Shown: positions 1 through 11,300, counted from the stretch's first letter. The stretch is 64,000 nucleotides of DNA from Kocuria sp. (GCA_030524035.1 JAUNHG010000001.1:680819-744818), one strand, 5' to 3'. Translations and numbers: made by a program. The notes: generated by a model not told the origin, from the letters alone.

Positions 1-1099
1 ACTTCGACGATTAATGTATGTGGCTTTCACCCGCGCTCGTCATTTTTTGGGCTTGTCATGCACAGTTTTTGTGGGAACATCCAAAACATCCAGGCATCCC
101 GCCGTGTTTGTGGAGGAATTAGAGGGACTTATATATCAACAATCGGGGGATCTTCCGACGGTTCAACGGAGGGAGTGGGTGGACGTTGAGGAAGGTCAGC
201 AGAACCCTGCAGAGTCCCGGATGTTAGAAGCTGCGTGGCCCTATGACCCTTTAGAGGGCCCCGCCATAACCGAAGTCACGGGATCTGATCCGGTGCAACA
301 ACAACGAGTGAACTTGGCCCCGGCTCGTGCGGGCAGGCGGGATCATCTGACTCGTGTTGCTCACGCGGTAGAAAACGGGGGGTTCCCGGAACACCAGAAC
401 ATGCAGGATCACCAGCTGATGCAGGACCCACAGGTGCGGCAGTGGGTTGAGGAAGCTCGTGTGTTGTTGGCGGCTCATCGTCGCCCGCCCCAGGAGACGG
501 TGTTGCCGACCCCCACTCACGTATCGGCATCCACCGTTGTGGAATTGGGTCAGGACCCCACAGCGGTGCTTGCGCAGCTACGTCGCCCGATGCCTCGCCG
601 TCCCTCGGTCTCAGCCCAAGCCGGTACTACGTTCCACGCATGGGTGGAACGGTATTTCGGTGCCCACACCATGTTTGATCTGGATCACCTTGTTGGGGCC
701 GCGGATGACTTTGTGGACCAGGGCTATCGCTTGCCGGAACTGACCACAACGTTCCGGCGTAGCGAGTGGGCGGATAAGCAACCGTGGGCCATTGAATACC
801 CGTTCGAAACACCGTTGGCGGGTGTGACGGTTCGTGGTCGGATCGACGCGGTGTTTACCACCCCGGACGGCGGTTGGGAATTAGTGGATTGGAAGTCTGG
901 GCGTGCCCCGGGACCCCGAGAACTTTCACAACGTGCAGTACAACTAGCTGTCTATCGTTTGGCGTGGTCACGATTAATGAAAGTTGAGCTGGAATCTGTG
1001 TCAGCTGCTTTCTATTTTGTGGCTTCGGACCGTACTGTCCGGCCCCATGACTTAGCGGATGAACAGGAGCTGGAGGCCATCATCAGGGGACATCTGTAA
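1..1099 (+). CDS. C-terminal portion of a helicase/nuclease with a PD-(D/E)XK (RecB/Cas4-like) nuclease domain; 5' end lies outside the window
   Basis: ORF 14..1099 is open to the window edge. C-terminal motif GRIDAVFTT...ELVDWKSG fits the RecB-family nuclease E-x-D-x-K signature. A UvrD-like helicase and uvrD2-type synteny follow, as for mycobacterial AdnA/AdnB-like genes. Confidence 0.55.
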   Translation, partial: LRRLMYVAFTRARHFLGLSCTVFVGTSKTSRHPAVFVEELEGLIYQQSGDLPTVQRREWVDVEEGQQNPAESRMLEAAWPYDPLEGPAITEVTGSDPVQQQRVNLAPARAGRRDHLTRVAHAVENGGFPEHQNMQDHQLMQDPQVRQWVEEARVLLAAHRRPPQETVLPTPTHVSASTVVELGQDPTAVLAQLRRPMPRRPSVSAQAGTTFHAWVERYFGAHTMFDLDHLVGAADDFVDQGYRLPELTTTFRRSEWADKQPWAIEYPFETPLAGVTVRGRIDAVFTTPDGGWELVDWKSGRAPGPRELSQRAVQLAVYRLAWSRLMKVELESVSAAFYFVASDRTVRPHDLADEQELEAIIRGHL

Positions 1100-2162
1100 G
1101 GGAAGCGCAGTCTTTTTCCAGGATGTCCAGCATGCGGCGGGCGTTATCAATCATGTCCGTCCGTTCGCGGGATACCCCACGTACGAGACAGCGAGCCAAT
1201 GAAAATTCAGCTTCTAAATGCGCGCGGCGCAGCAGATGCGGGTCCGGTTCGTGCAGGCTGGCGCGGGTATAGGCGGCCAGAACTGCTTCAGCAAAACCGG
1301 GGTTGCTGGCCCCCATCAGCCACGCGCAGTCCACGGCGGGGTCGCCCACGTGGACGTCTGACCACCCGGTGATGGCAGTAATGCGGTTGCCATCCACCAC
1401 CAGGTTGGCTTCATGAAGATCCCCGTGGACGACATGGGTGGAGAATCGCCATAACGTGCGGTCCTCCAGGGCGCTTTCCCACCGTTGTAACAGAGAAGAG
1501 GGGATCATGCCGGTCGTGGCTGCTTGGTCCAATTCATTGAGCATGCGGATGCGGCATTGATCCGCACTGTAAGCAGGTAGGTCAGCGTCCATGACCATTG
1601 CTCGCGGTAAGTTGTGGATAGCTGCCAGCAGGTTACCGATCTGCGTGGTTACCGGGGGCGCTGGTTCCGCGCTGGGGGGTTGTGGGCGCGCAGGAGCTGC
1701 ATCATCCAGCAGCTCGATGTCTTCCACGGGAACAGGCCGCCCCTGTAAGTGCGAATAGATAAAACTCCGCCGGTCGTGATCTTCAACGGAACCCACGACC
1801 GTGGGGATCAGAAAAGGCAAAGTGGCACGTAGTTTTGGTGTGAATGCGCTGAGCGCGGAATGTTCAGCTGCCAGGCGCATCCCTGCTTCGTCAGTGAGGG
1901 GGCTGCGCACCCGCCATCGCCTATCGTCCTGATCGGTGACGACCGCCGAGCGGAAGTCGGCGTCATCATCGGGGGATGGCCCGACGGCGACCGGAACGAT
2001 CCCCGGAACTCCGGCGACCGCTACCGCTGCCAGATGTTCCAGTGAAGCGCGCATGCGCCTAATCTTACCGCTCATGCCGGTCTTCGCCGGTGTGGGAGTC
2101 GGTGCGTGAAGGGCGTGGTGTTCCTTCGGCGTGGTGGTGTGCTCACCTGTGGATGCGACCAC
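1083..2162 (-). CDS. Phosphotransferase of the aminoglycoside-phosphotransferase / choline-kinase-like family
   Basis: 359-aa ORF with the APH-like catalytic region HGDLHEANLVVDGNRITAITGWSDVHVGDPAVDCAWL (Brenner HGDxxxxN and the DFG-like D). Exact start uncertain. Confidence 0.5.
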   Translation of the reverse strand: MVASTGEHTTTPKEHHALHAPTPTPAKTGMSGKIRRMRASLEHLAAVAVAGVPGIVPVAVGPSPDDDADFRSAVVTDQDDRRWRVRSPLTDEAGMRLAAEHSALSAFTPKLRATLPFLIPTVVGSVEDHDRRSFIYSHLQGRPVPVEDIELLDDAAPARPQPPSAEPAPPVTTQIGNLLAAIHNLPRAMVMDADLPAYSADQCRIRMLNELDQAATTGMIPSSLLQRWESALEDRTLWRFSTHVVHGDLHEANLVVDGNRITAITGWSDVHVGDPAVDCAWLMGASNPGFAEAVLAAYTRASLHEPDPHLLRRAHLEAEFSLARCLVRGVSRERTDMIDNARRMLDILEKDCASLTDVP

Positions 2163-2222
2163 ATGATGAGGGCAGCGCCATTAGAGTGAAACGGTGCTAC
2201 GTCCACAGTTTGCGGTATACAG

Positions 2223-4118
2223 GTGATGACCCAGGAGGATCTGCGTATGTCAGAAACGGGTCATGACCTGTCCCGTAGCGAACGCATTGTGGAGGCCCTG
2301 GACCCGGAACAGCGCCAGGTGGCGCTCGCGTTACGGGGTCCCGTGTGTGTGTTAGCCGGGGCGGGTACGGGCAAAACCCGTGCCATCACCCACCGGATTG
2401 CATATGGCATCTCCACTGGGGTGTACACGCCACAAAAAGTTTTGGCCTTAACGTTCACCACCCGGGCGGCGCATGAAATGCGCCATCGGCTAAACGCCTT
2501 GGGGGCCAGTGGCGTTCAGGCCCGGACTTTTCATTCGGCGGCGTTGCGTCAACTGCAATATTTCTGGCCCCAGGCCATTGGCGGCAGCATCCCTGATCTT
2601 GTAGAACACAAAGCAGGTTTGGTGGCTCGTGCTGCTGGTTATCTGCGGCTGAGCCAGGATCGTGCCTCCATCAGGGACCTGGCTGGAGCTCTTGAAAAAG
2701 CTAAGGTTTCTTTGCTCACCCCGGAAACCTATGTGCAAGCTGTCACCAGTCACTCCGCGGACGGTGTGGTTCTTCCGCCCGCACCGGCGGGGCACGATCC
2801 GCAGACGGTAGCGCGGCTGTGGCAAACCTACGAAGAGCTTAAAACGGACCTGGGGCGCATCGACTTTGAGGATGTTCTGCTGCTGATGGTGGGAATCCTG
2901 GAAGAAGACCAGCGGATCGCTGCCACAGTGCGTGAACAGTATCGGCATTTTGTGGTGGATGAATACCAGGATGTTTCTCCGCTGCAACAGCGTTTGTTAG
3001 ATGCGTGGTTGGGACCGCGTGATGAGCTGTGTGTTGTGGGGGATGCTTCTCAGACTATCTATTCCTTCACCGGAGCTACTTCCCGCTACCTTCTGGATTT
3101 TCGGCGTCGTTATCCCCAAGCCACTGTGGTCAAACTGGTGCGGGATTATCGTTCCACCCCACAGATCGTGAACATCGCTAACCGGTTGCTGTCCGCGCGA
3201 CGACCCGGCGCGGATTCCACTCCGGGTTCCTGGGCTACACCGTTGGAGTTGGTGGGGAAACGGCCGCAGGGACCGGCGCCGTCATGGCATGAATACGACG
3301 ATGATCAGTTGGAGGCCCAAGCCACGGCTTCCCAGGTCCAGCGCCTGTTGGATGGTGGCGTTCCTGCCTCACAGATTGCCGTTCTTTTCCGGACGAATGG
3401 ACAGGCCCAGGTGTATGAGACTGCATTCGCCGATGCGGGGATTGGGTTCCGGTTACGGGGCACGGAGCACTTTTTCCGCCGTCCGGAAGTTAGGCAAGCG
3501 CTGCTGCAGATCCGCAGCGCTTCTCACACAGTAAGCGCCGATGATCTTGCGGGAGTGGGCTCAGCCGACCACGGTGGCGGGGAGCACCCAGGACAGGTCA
3601 CTCCCGTGGGCCAGATGGTCCGGGACATGGTCAGTTCACTGGGGTGGTCTCCTACCCCGCCCCGGGTGGTGGGAGCGGTCCGGGAGACCTGGGAATCTCT
3701 GGATGCCTTGGTGAATATGACCGATCACATGGCAGGAGAACATCGGAAGGCTGTCTTGGCCGCCCACGAAATAGGTGGCCAAGACCCGGGTGTTTTTACT
3801 TTGCGGCATATTGCAGAAGAGCTGACACGCCGTTCGGTTCACCAGGATGCCCCGGTGGGGGACGGGGTTACCTTGGCTTCTTTGCATTCGGCGAAAGGCC
3901 TGGAATGGGACGCGGTTTTTGTGGTGGGTTTAACAGAGGGCCTGATGCCCATATCGTTTGCGCGCACGGCTGATGAGATTGACGAAGAACGTCGGCTGCT
4001 TTACGTAGGCATCACTCGCGCTCGGGAACAGGTGACTCTGTCATGGTCCTTGTCACGGACGCCTGGGGGCAGGGCCAACCGTACTGTTTCGCGGTTTGTT
4101 CAGGATCTTCTCCCGTAG
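2223..4118 (+). CDS. uvrD2: UvrD/PcrA-family ATP-dependent DNA helicase (UvrD2-like)
   Basis: 631-aa ORF with Walker A AGAGTGKTR, helicase motifs (VDEYQD, TFH...), and a C-terminal LLYVGITRAREQV motif typical of UvrD/Rep. Confidence 0.8.
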   Translation: MMTQEDLRMSETGHDLSRSERIVEALDPEQRQVALALRGPVCVLAGAGTGKTRAITHRIAYGISTGVYTPQKVLALTFTTRAAHEMRHRLNALGASGVQARTFHSAALRQLQYFWPQAIGGSIPDLVEHKAGLVARAAGYLRLSQDRASIRDLAGALEKAKVSLLTPETYVQAVTSHSADGVVLPPAPAGHDPQTVARLWQTYEELKTDLGRIDFEDVLLLMVGILEEDQRIAATVREQYRHFVVDEYQDVSPLQQRLLDAWLGPRDELCVVGDASQTIYSFTGATSRYLLDFRRRYPQATVVKLVRDYRSTPQIVNIANRLLSARRPGADSTPGSWATPLELVGKRPQGPAPSWHEYDDDQLEAQATASQVQRLLDGGVPASQIAVLFRTNGQAQVYETAFADAGIGFRLRGTEHFFRRPEVRQALLQIRSASHTVSADDLAGVGSADHGGGEHPGQVTPVGQMVRDMVSSLGWSPTPPRVVGAVRETWESLDALVNMTDHMAGEHRKAVLAAHEIGGQDPGVFTLRHIAEELTRRSVHQDAPVGDGVTLASLHSAKGLEWDAVFVVGLTEGLMPISFARTADEIDEERRLLYVGITRAREQVTLSWSLSRTPGGRANRTVSRFVQDLLP

Positions 4119-4162
4119 GCATCGTGGCAGGGAAAGTATAGGAATGGACTTCACCACAGGGG

Positions 4163-4933
4163 TCACTCTGGGGAGCACAACGCGCAGGTTTTTTGTGCGC
4201 TGGGGCGGTGTTCGATCTCGCTCATAGGCGCTCCGGGATGCAACAGCGTGACAGTGTCATCAAAAGTGGCGTGACTGGGTTCGGTGGCTGTTGCTAGAAC
4301 ATATTGAGCGGTGAGGGCTGCTGTCAGTGCGGTGTGCGAGGGCCATGCTTCGTGGCGGGCTGTTCGTGCGGGCTGTCGACGGCTGCCCCCCGCAGTTTCC
4401 TGGATGCACACGGAACAGGCGCGGGCATACCAGGGGCGTACCGGCCAGAGCATCGTGGTTCCTGGCGGGTGTTCTTCCGGGCAGATGATGTCGAGCACTC
4501 GGTGGTTTTCGTCCACTGTGGCCGGGATGGGTGGTTCGTCGTCGTGCAGGGTACGGGATCTGATGATCAGCGTTCCTTCACAGGTGGAAGCGGGAAAGGT
4601 CGCTGGGGTGGAACTGGCAACGGCTTGCGGGTTGGTGGCCAGTACCCGTCGCCGCAACCGGTATTCACGGGGCAGCCCAATATCCGGTAAGTCGAAGGCC
4701 CCAGCAGCGGCGTCGTCCCAGGTGACCTTTTGTGGGGCCAGGATTGTGAATCCACGGACCCCACTGCCTGCCAGGATGATGGCGGTTGCTGCTGTGGCGG
4801 GGTGAAGCCCGAGGAACATTAAGTGGAGGTCTGCAGCACGCGTTCGGGGATGGACACGCTGTTGGGTATGGTGCGGTGCTCTTATGCTGGGATGCCTGGT
4901 GGTGGGGGCAGCGGGGACGACGGATGCGGCCAT
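4163..4933 (-). CDS. Hypothetical protein (256 aa, Cys-containing, no recognisable domain)
   Basis: Longest ORF filling the uvrD2-DUF45 gap. No motif recognised. Overlapping plus-strand ORFs exist, so the coding strand is not certain. Confidence 0.3.
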   Translation of the reverse strand: MAASVVPAAPTTRHPSIRAPHHTQQRVHPRTRAADLHLMFLGLHPATAATAIILAGSGVRGFTILAPQKVTWDDAAAGAFDLPDIGLPREYRLRRRVLATNPQAVASSTPATFPASTCEGTLIIRSRTLHDDEPPIPATVDENHRVLDIICPEEHPPGTTMLWPVRPWYARACSVCIQETAGGSRRQPARTARHEAWPSHTALTAALTAQYVLATATEPSHATFDDTVTLLHPGAPMSEIEHRPSAQKTCALCSPE

Positions 4934-5103
4934 GGGTTTCCTCCTGATTCCCGGTGTTATGGGCCGTGGTTCCCTTTAGTGTGAGTCGATCACATCACTC
5001 GACGGGTGGGTTATCCACAGGAGTGCTGATTACGATCACCCGTGTGAGGCCACGAGAATCTGCAAAAGTCACCCCCGTTTCTGTCCAGGACACACTCCAG
5101 GGC

Positions 5104-5631
5104 ATGAGGCCTCCGGTGGAGGTGAGACGTTCAGCGCGTAGGCGTAAAACCGTTTCCGCGCATTGGTCTGGCAACACTGTGGTGTTGCAAGTGCCTGCGC
5201 GGATGTCCAAGCGCGACGTGGAGCATTGGCAGCGAACGTTGGTAGATCAGTTGGTGAAGAAACGTGAGCGCGCCGCAGCCGAGCAGGATCACCGGGCCGG
5301 TCATGATCATGTACAACAACGAGCGCAGCGTTTATCGCACCAGTATTTGGAAGGTCGAGCTGAACCCACTTCTGTGACATGGTCTACTCGGCAGAACACA
5401 CGGTGGGGGTCAGCCACACCTGCCACGGGAAAAATCCGGATCAACAGCAGGTTACGCACCGCACCGGAGTGGGTTCTTGACGCGGTGATTTTTCACGAAC
5501 TGTGCCATCTTGTGGAAGCCGATCATGGGCCGGCATTTCGAAAGCTGGAACGTCGGTATCCACGTATGGCCGAAGCCCGGGCTTTCCTGGATGGGGCTGC
5601 CTGGGCTTCGGGGTCCGATGTGGACGGTTGA
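5104..5631 (+). CDS. YgjP/DUF45-like (WLM/M48-like) zinc metallopeptidase
   Basis: HExxH motif in FHELCHLVEADHGPAF. The N-terminal EVRRSARRRKTVS...VVLQVP matches the YgjP-family start. The ORF-track start at 4954 is probably over-extended. Confidence 0.6.
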   Translation: MRPPVEVRRSARRRKTVSAHWSGNTVVLQVPARMSKRDVEHWQRTLVDQLVKKRERAAAEQDHRAGHDHVQQRAQRLSHQYLEGRAEPTSVTWSTRQNTRWGSATPATGKIRINSRLRTAPEWVLDAVIFHELCHLVEADHGPAFRKLERRYPRMAEARAFLDGAAWASGSDVDG

Positions 5632-6993
5632 TCAGTTCTGATCTGTGTCGTCAGTTGAATCCAACAGGTTTTCTAGTGCTGCGTCGAATTCTTCGTCAGA
5701 GGCGGTGAGTAGGCCGCGTCGAGATTCATAGCCTGCGGGGTCGTCTAAGTCCTCGTCGGTGGGTAGTAGCTCAGGGGCTTCCCAGAGACCGTCACGGTCT
5801 TCCACGCCACGGCGTTGTTCCACAAAGCGCCAAAACTCTGCTGCTTCACGCATCCTTCGGGGGCGTAGTTCCAGGCCCACAAAAGCCCCGAATGCGTGTT
5901 CAGCCGGGCCGCCGGAGGCACGCCGTCGCCGCATAGTTTCAGCCAGGGCGGCGGCGCCCGGCAGATTTGTGGTGGCATGAACCGTGATCACATCCACCCA
6001 ACCTTCAATCAGCGCCAAGATGGTTTCTAGGCGTTTCAGAGTGGCTTTTTGAGTGGGGGTTTGTTCCGGTGTGAACATGCCGGACCCCAATGCTTCGTGA
6101 ACAGCAGCGGGGTCTGTGGGGTCAATGTGTGCGGCGAGTCCTTCAATTCGTTCCATGTCGATGTGGATTTCTTGGGAGAACGTGGTGATCAGGTCGATCA
6201 CGTACTGCCGTAGCCAGGGCGCGGCATGGAAAAGCCGAGCGTGGGCAACTTCTCGCACTGCAAGATAAATCACCACTTCCTGTTGAGCTATTCCTAGGTC
6301 CTCCCCAAAGTCTTGGACGTTGCGGGGCAACATGGCGGCTTGTCCTGCGGCCAGAGGGAAACCGATGTCACTAGAAGAAACCACCTCCCCAGCCAACCCG
6401 CCGAGCACCTGGCCCAGTTGCATGGCGAACATCATGGACCCGGCATTGGCCAGCATCCCGGATGCGCCGCCCAGCATTCCCGCCATCTCTTCCGGAAGTT
6501 GACCCTTGATGGAGTCCGTTAACGCTGTAGTCATGGATTCGGCGACAGGTGCGGTGATTTCTTGCCAGGTGTCGAAAGTGGCTTCCACCCATTCAGCGCG
6601 TGACCAGGCACTCGGTTGGGCACCGGGGGCCCCAAAAGCGGTGTGCTCATCTACCCAAAGCTGGGCTAACTCCACGGCCTCTGACACAGTCTTGCGTTGG
6701 GAGTCGCTGACACTGGGGTCCCCTGCGGCGGCTACCACACGGCGGGCATGGTCTTTTGCGGCGCTCCAGTTGACGGGCCCGTCGGATGGACCTGCGGTGA
6801 ACATTGCTTGGACTTGTGCAAACATTGCTTGCATTCCGGCGGGATCGGTCGGAATGCCCATGGTGCGCAAGTCCTCAGGGGAGATTCCTGACTGGCCCAG
6901 GAATTGCTGGAACATGGCCTGGAAAGGGTCATTGCCGCTGTTCTCGCCCTGGTTCTCAGGGTCGTTCTCTGGGGTGGGTGGCTGCGCAGTCAT
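5632..6993 (-). CDS. Conserved actinobacterial hypothetical protein (mycobacterial Rv3195-like, putative zinc-dependent hydrolase)
   Basis: 453-aa ORF. Position and size match the protein conserved between uvrD2 and the PDZ/Lon-like gene in mycobacteria. No catalytic motif confirmed by eye. Confidence 0.5.
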   Translation of the reverse strand: MTAQPPTPENDPENQGENSGNDPFQAMFQQFLGQSGISPEDLRTMGIPTDPAGMQAMFAQVQAMFTAGPSDGPVNWSAAKDHARRVVAAAGDPSVSDSQRKTVSEAVELAQLWVDEHTAFGAPGAQPSAWSRAEWVEATFDTWQEITAPVAESMTTALTDSIKGQLPEEMAGMLGGASGMLANAGSMMFAMQLGQVLGGLAGEVVSSSDIGFPLAAGQAAMLPRNVQDFGEDLGIAQQEVVIYLAVREVAHARLFHAAPWLRQYVIDLITTFSQEIHIDMERIEGLAAHIDPTDPAAVHEALGSGMFTPEQTPTQKATLKRLETILALIEGWVDVITVHATTNLPGAAALAETMRRRRASGGPAEHAFGAFVGLELRPRRMREAAEFWRFVEQRRGVEDRDGLWEAPELLPTDEDLDDPAGYESRRGLLTASDEEFDAALENLLDSTDDTDQN

Positions 6994-7135
6994 GGCTTGT
7001 CGCTCCCGCTTTCAGATCCTCGACGTACGTTTTGTGACTTACTATGAGGCATCCAGGCTAACCACTGGCGCGTGTGGTCGGTGCGGCCATGGCCTTCAAG
7101 TTCGCTGGAAGCATGCGTGTTTAAGGATCGCTGTC

Positions 7136-8200
7136 GTGTTTGTTCATTCTAAACGTCCTCGTTGGCTGGGGCTGGAGTACGTCTCGATGGTGGCCACAGG
7201 TGTGTTATTGGTGGCCACTGCATGGTCACCCACTCCCTATGTTTTGGAACGTCCTGGACCTGCTTTTGACACCACGGGACAGATCGACGGCAAACAGGTC
7301 ATGACATTGGAGGGCGTGCAGACACACCCCACACAGACTCGTTTGGATTTCACGACGGTCTATGTGGTGGGGGGCCCCGGGGCTAGTCCGCGCATCCTGG
7401 ACACCGTGCATGCCTGGTTATCCAAGACTCAAGCGGTGTTGCCTCAGGAAGTCATGTACCCGCCTGCGGCAACACGTGAGGAAATCAATAACTCTGGCAG
7501 CGCTGCCATGGATTCATCGCAGGACCTGGCGGTGGCATCCGCACTGGAATACTTAGGGCAGGATTACGACACTACGCTGACAGTGCACGAAATTAGCCCT
7601 GGAAGCCCCGCTGACGGTGTTTTGCGTTCGGGGGACGCCATACGGGCTGTTGATGGACGTCCTGTGACCTCGCTAGAGATGTTGCGGGAGTTGCTCAATG
7701 ATGGGGACGACGGAACGGTGACTGTGCAGGTTGATCGGGATGGTCACCAACAGGACCTGAGCGTTGACACAGTTGACGGGAATCGCCAATTGGGCGTTTA
7801 TTTGGAGCGTGACTTCGACTTCCCTTTCGAAGTTAGTTTTGCTCTGGATAATGTGGGTGGCCCCAGTGCTGGCATGATGCTTTCCTTGGGAGTTATTGAC
7901 GAATTGACGCCAGGGTCCTTAGGCGGGGATACCCACGTGGCGGGTACCGGAACTATTCGGGTGGATGGGCAGGTTGGCCCCATTGGCGGTGTTCGGCAGA
8001 AAATGGTGGGGGCAGCGGAGGCCGGCGCTGAATTATTTGTGGCCCCGGTGGGTAACTGCGCTGAGATCGTGGGGCATGTGCCGGATGGTCTGGTTGTTGT
8101 TGCCGTGGATGACTTGGATGAGGCTGTGAACGCTCTGGAATCTGTTGCTGATTCCGGCGGAGAATTCAGGGCACTTCCCAGCTGTGAAACAGCGCTGTAG
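7136..8200 (+). CDS. PDZ-domain protein with a Lon-like (S16) C-terminal protease domain (Rv3194c-like)
   Basis: Lon C-terminal domain motif DNVGGPSAGMMLSLGVIDEL...IGGVRQKMVGAAEAGAELFVAP, an upstream PDZ (ISPGSPADGVLRSGDAIRAVDG) and an N-terminal TM helix. GTG at 7136 follows AAGGA. ORF-track residues 6506..7135 overlap the divergent upstream gene and were discarded. Confidence 0.7.
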   Translation: MFVHSKRPRWLGLEYVSMVATGVLLVATAWSPTPYVLERPGPAFDTTGQIDGKQVMTLEGVQTHPTQTRLDFTTVYVVGGPGASPRILDTVHAWLSKTQAVLPQEVMYPPAATREEINNSGSAAMDSSQDLAVASALEYLGQDYDTTLTVHEISPGSPADGVLRSGDAIRAVDGRPVTSLEMLRELLNDGDDGTVTVQVDRDGHQQDLSVDTVDGNRQLGVYLERDFDFPFEVSFALDNVGGPSAGMMLSLGVIDELTPGSLGGDTHVAGTGTIRVDGQVGPIGGVRQKMVGAAEAGAELFVAPVGNCAEIVGHVPDGLVVVAVDDLDEAVNALESVADSGGEFRALPSCETAL

Positions 8201-8320
8201 TGCGTGGGCGGCACCATGCCGTTGGCAGAGACTTTGCTCGGAAGGTCATGCGGCGGTCAGAATAAGGGTGCGCAGTGTGCGTGAGCCCGTGACAAACCCC
8301 AGGGAAGGCCCAGGAGTAAC

Positions 8321-11300
8321 GTGACAGCAGGAGCGGCAGAACCGCCTCGATCCCCCAGAGCACCACGAATGAAAACGTCTAACAGTCAGTCGAAGGGGCG
8401 TAGCCCCCTGTTCCTGACTGTGGCGATTGTGGTTGCCCTGATCGCAGCTTTTGTTGCTTTCACCCAGCTCTATACGGAGATTCTGTGGTTCAACCAGGTG
8501 GGCTACCTCAAAGTTTTTATGACGCACAATATCGCCCGCGTGGTGATTTTTGTGGTGTCTGCTGCCATCGTGACCTTTTTACTGTGGCTGTCGTTGTGGT
8601 TAGCGCACCGGCATCGTCCCGTGACTGCTGCCGCAGCGGCGGATGACAACCTGCGTCGCTATCAGCAAGCGCTAGAACCTGTGCGGCGGATTGGAATGCT
8701 GGTTATTCCTGTTCTTTTTGGCCTATTTACAGCGTCCACGATGGCTGCTCAATGGGAAACCGTGCTGTTGTTTTTCAATCAAGTTCCTTTTGGGCAGGAT
8801 GATCCCCAGTTCGGGATGGATGTGGGTTTCTGGGTATTCACCTTGCCATTCTTGCGTTTGATAGTGGGATTTTTGGTATCTGTGGTTCTTTTGTGTGGAA
8901 TTGGTGCCGTTTTAGTGCATTACGTGTACGGCGGTCTCCGCATCACAGAAAAGGGGCTGAAATTCAGCAAGGCTGCTCGAAGGCAGTTGGCCGTGACTGC
9001 CGCTGTTTTCTTGATGCTGCAAGGCATTAATTTTTGGTTGGATCGTTATGCCACATTGCAGTCCACCTCCGGTTCCTGGGCCGGTGCGCTGTACACGGAC
9101 GTTCATGCCGTAATTCCCGTGCGGGCCATTATGGCTGCTGCTGCTGTCGTCGTGGCTCTCTTGTTCTTGGTTGCCGCGTGGAATGGTCGGTGGCGGCTGC
9201 CTCTGATTGGAACCGCCATGTTGGTGGTGGTTGCGGTGGTTGCGGGTAGCGTTTACCCCTCCTTGGTGCAGCGTTTCCAGGTGACCCCTACGGAACAGTC
9301 TCGGGAAAATCCCTTTATTCAGCGCAATATTGACAGCACTCGGGAAGCTTTTGGGCTGGATAATATTGAAACGAAGCCCTATGCAGCCACGGTAGATGCT
9401 GGTGAAGGTGACTTGGCCGACTATGCACAGACCACCAGTAACATTCGATTGTTAGATCCCAATGTGGTGTCGCCAGCGTTTGCTCAGCTCCAGCAGTTTC
9501 GGCCTTACTATTCTTTCCCGGGCACACTCAATGTCGATCGGTATGAAGTGGACGGGCAAGTGCAGGACACCGTTTTAGCAGCCCGCGAGCTGAATATTAA
9601 TGATGAAGAATCGTGGTACAACCGGCATGTGGTGTACACCCACGGCTACGGTTTAGTCGCTGCCTACGGGGATCGTGTGCAGTCTGATGGTCGTCCGTCG
9701 TTTATTCAGAAGGGCATCCTGGCCGAGGGGGATATCTCCAAAGATTACGAACCTCGTATCTATTTTGGTCAACAGTCGCCAGAGTATTCGGTGGTTGGTG
9801 GCGCCAGCGGGGATGAGGATTTGGAGCTGGACCGTCCGTCAACAACGGATGATGAGACTGATGACGTTTTGACTACTTTTTCCGGTGATGGTGGCCCCAA
9901 TGTGGGCAATCCATTAAATCGGTTGTCTTATGCGATTCGGTTCCAGTCCTCTGACCTGTTGTTCTCGGATGCGGTCCGTCCCGAATCCCAGATTCTGTAT
10001 AACCGTAATCCGCGTGAACGTGTGGCTCAGGTGGCCCCATATTTGACGGTGGATGGTAATCCGTACCCTGCGATTATTGACGGTCGGGTGAAGTGGATTG
10101 TGGATGCATACACCACGTCCAACAGCTACCCGTATTCGACCCCCATGCAGTTACAGGACGCCACGGCGGATACTTCTACTGCTGAAGGTGCTGCTGCTGC
10201 TTTGCCTGATGAGCGTGTGAACTATATGCGTAATTCGGTTAAGGCGACCGTGGATGCCTATGACGGTTCAGTGGATCTTTACGCGTGGGACGATGAAGAT
10301 CCTGTGTTAAAGGCATGGCAAAACGTTTTTCCGGAAACAGTGAAACCGTATTCGGAGATGTCCGCTGAGCTGATGGATCACGTGCGCTACCCGGAGGATA
10401 TTTTTAAAGTCCAACGGGAATTATTGAATACGTATCACGTAACGGACGCTAATAGTTTCTACGCAGGTGATGACGTTTGGTCTATTCCGAACGATCCCAC
10501 TAACGACAACTCCACGGCGATTCCCCCGTATTACCTGTCACTGCAGATGCCGGGGGAAGATAGAGCGAGCTTCTCTCTGACCACTCCCTTTATCCCGCAG
10601 CAAAATCAAGGCGAGAACACTCGTAACGTGCTTTACGGGTACTTGTCTGCCAACGGGGATGCCGGGACTGGTGAGGACGGTGTGAAGGCTGATAGCTATG
10701 GGCGCATGACGCTGTTGGAGTTGCCTCGTAGTTCAGTGGTCCCGGGGCCGGGCCAGGCACAGAACAACTTCAACTCAAATACTGAGGTTTCTTCGGCGTT
10801 GAACCTGCTACGCCAGGGTGAGTCGGAAGTGCTCAACGGCAACATGCTGGCGTTGCCGGTCAACGATGGTGTTCTCTATATCCAACCGGTTTATGTGCGT
10901 TCTTCCGGTGAGTCTGGCTATCCCACGCTGCGCCGCGTGCTTGTCAGTTACGGGGAACAGGTGGGTTTTGCTCCCACGCTGGATGAATCGTTGGATCAAG
11001 TGTTTGGTGGCGATTCTGGTGCGCAGACTGTGCAGGGTGCCGGAGTGAGTGAAGAACAGGCCGCAGAGGCCGCAGGGCAAGAAAAGGTTGATGAAGGCGA
11101 TCAGGGTGGGGAGTCATCGGATAGTGGCGACGGAGGTGCATCTTTGGATGATGCTCTGCAAGACGCTAGTGATGCGATGCGCGACTCCAAGACTGCGCTG
11201 GAGGACAACGATTGGGCGGCGTATGGCGAGGCTCAGGGGCGTCTGCAGGATGCTCTGGATCGGGCGCTTGAAGCCGATGGGGTGACCGCCACCTCTTCGC

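Noticed and set aside
6506-7135. N-terminal 210 codons of ORF 6506..8200
   Set aside because: It overlaps the divergent gene 5632..6993 on the other strand and has no protease-family features. A good RBS+GTG at 7136 precedes the TM helix and the PDZ/Lon-like domains, so the real gene starts there.
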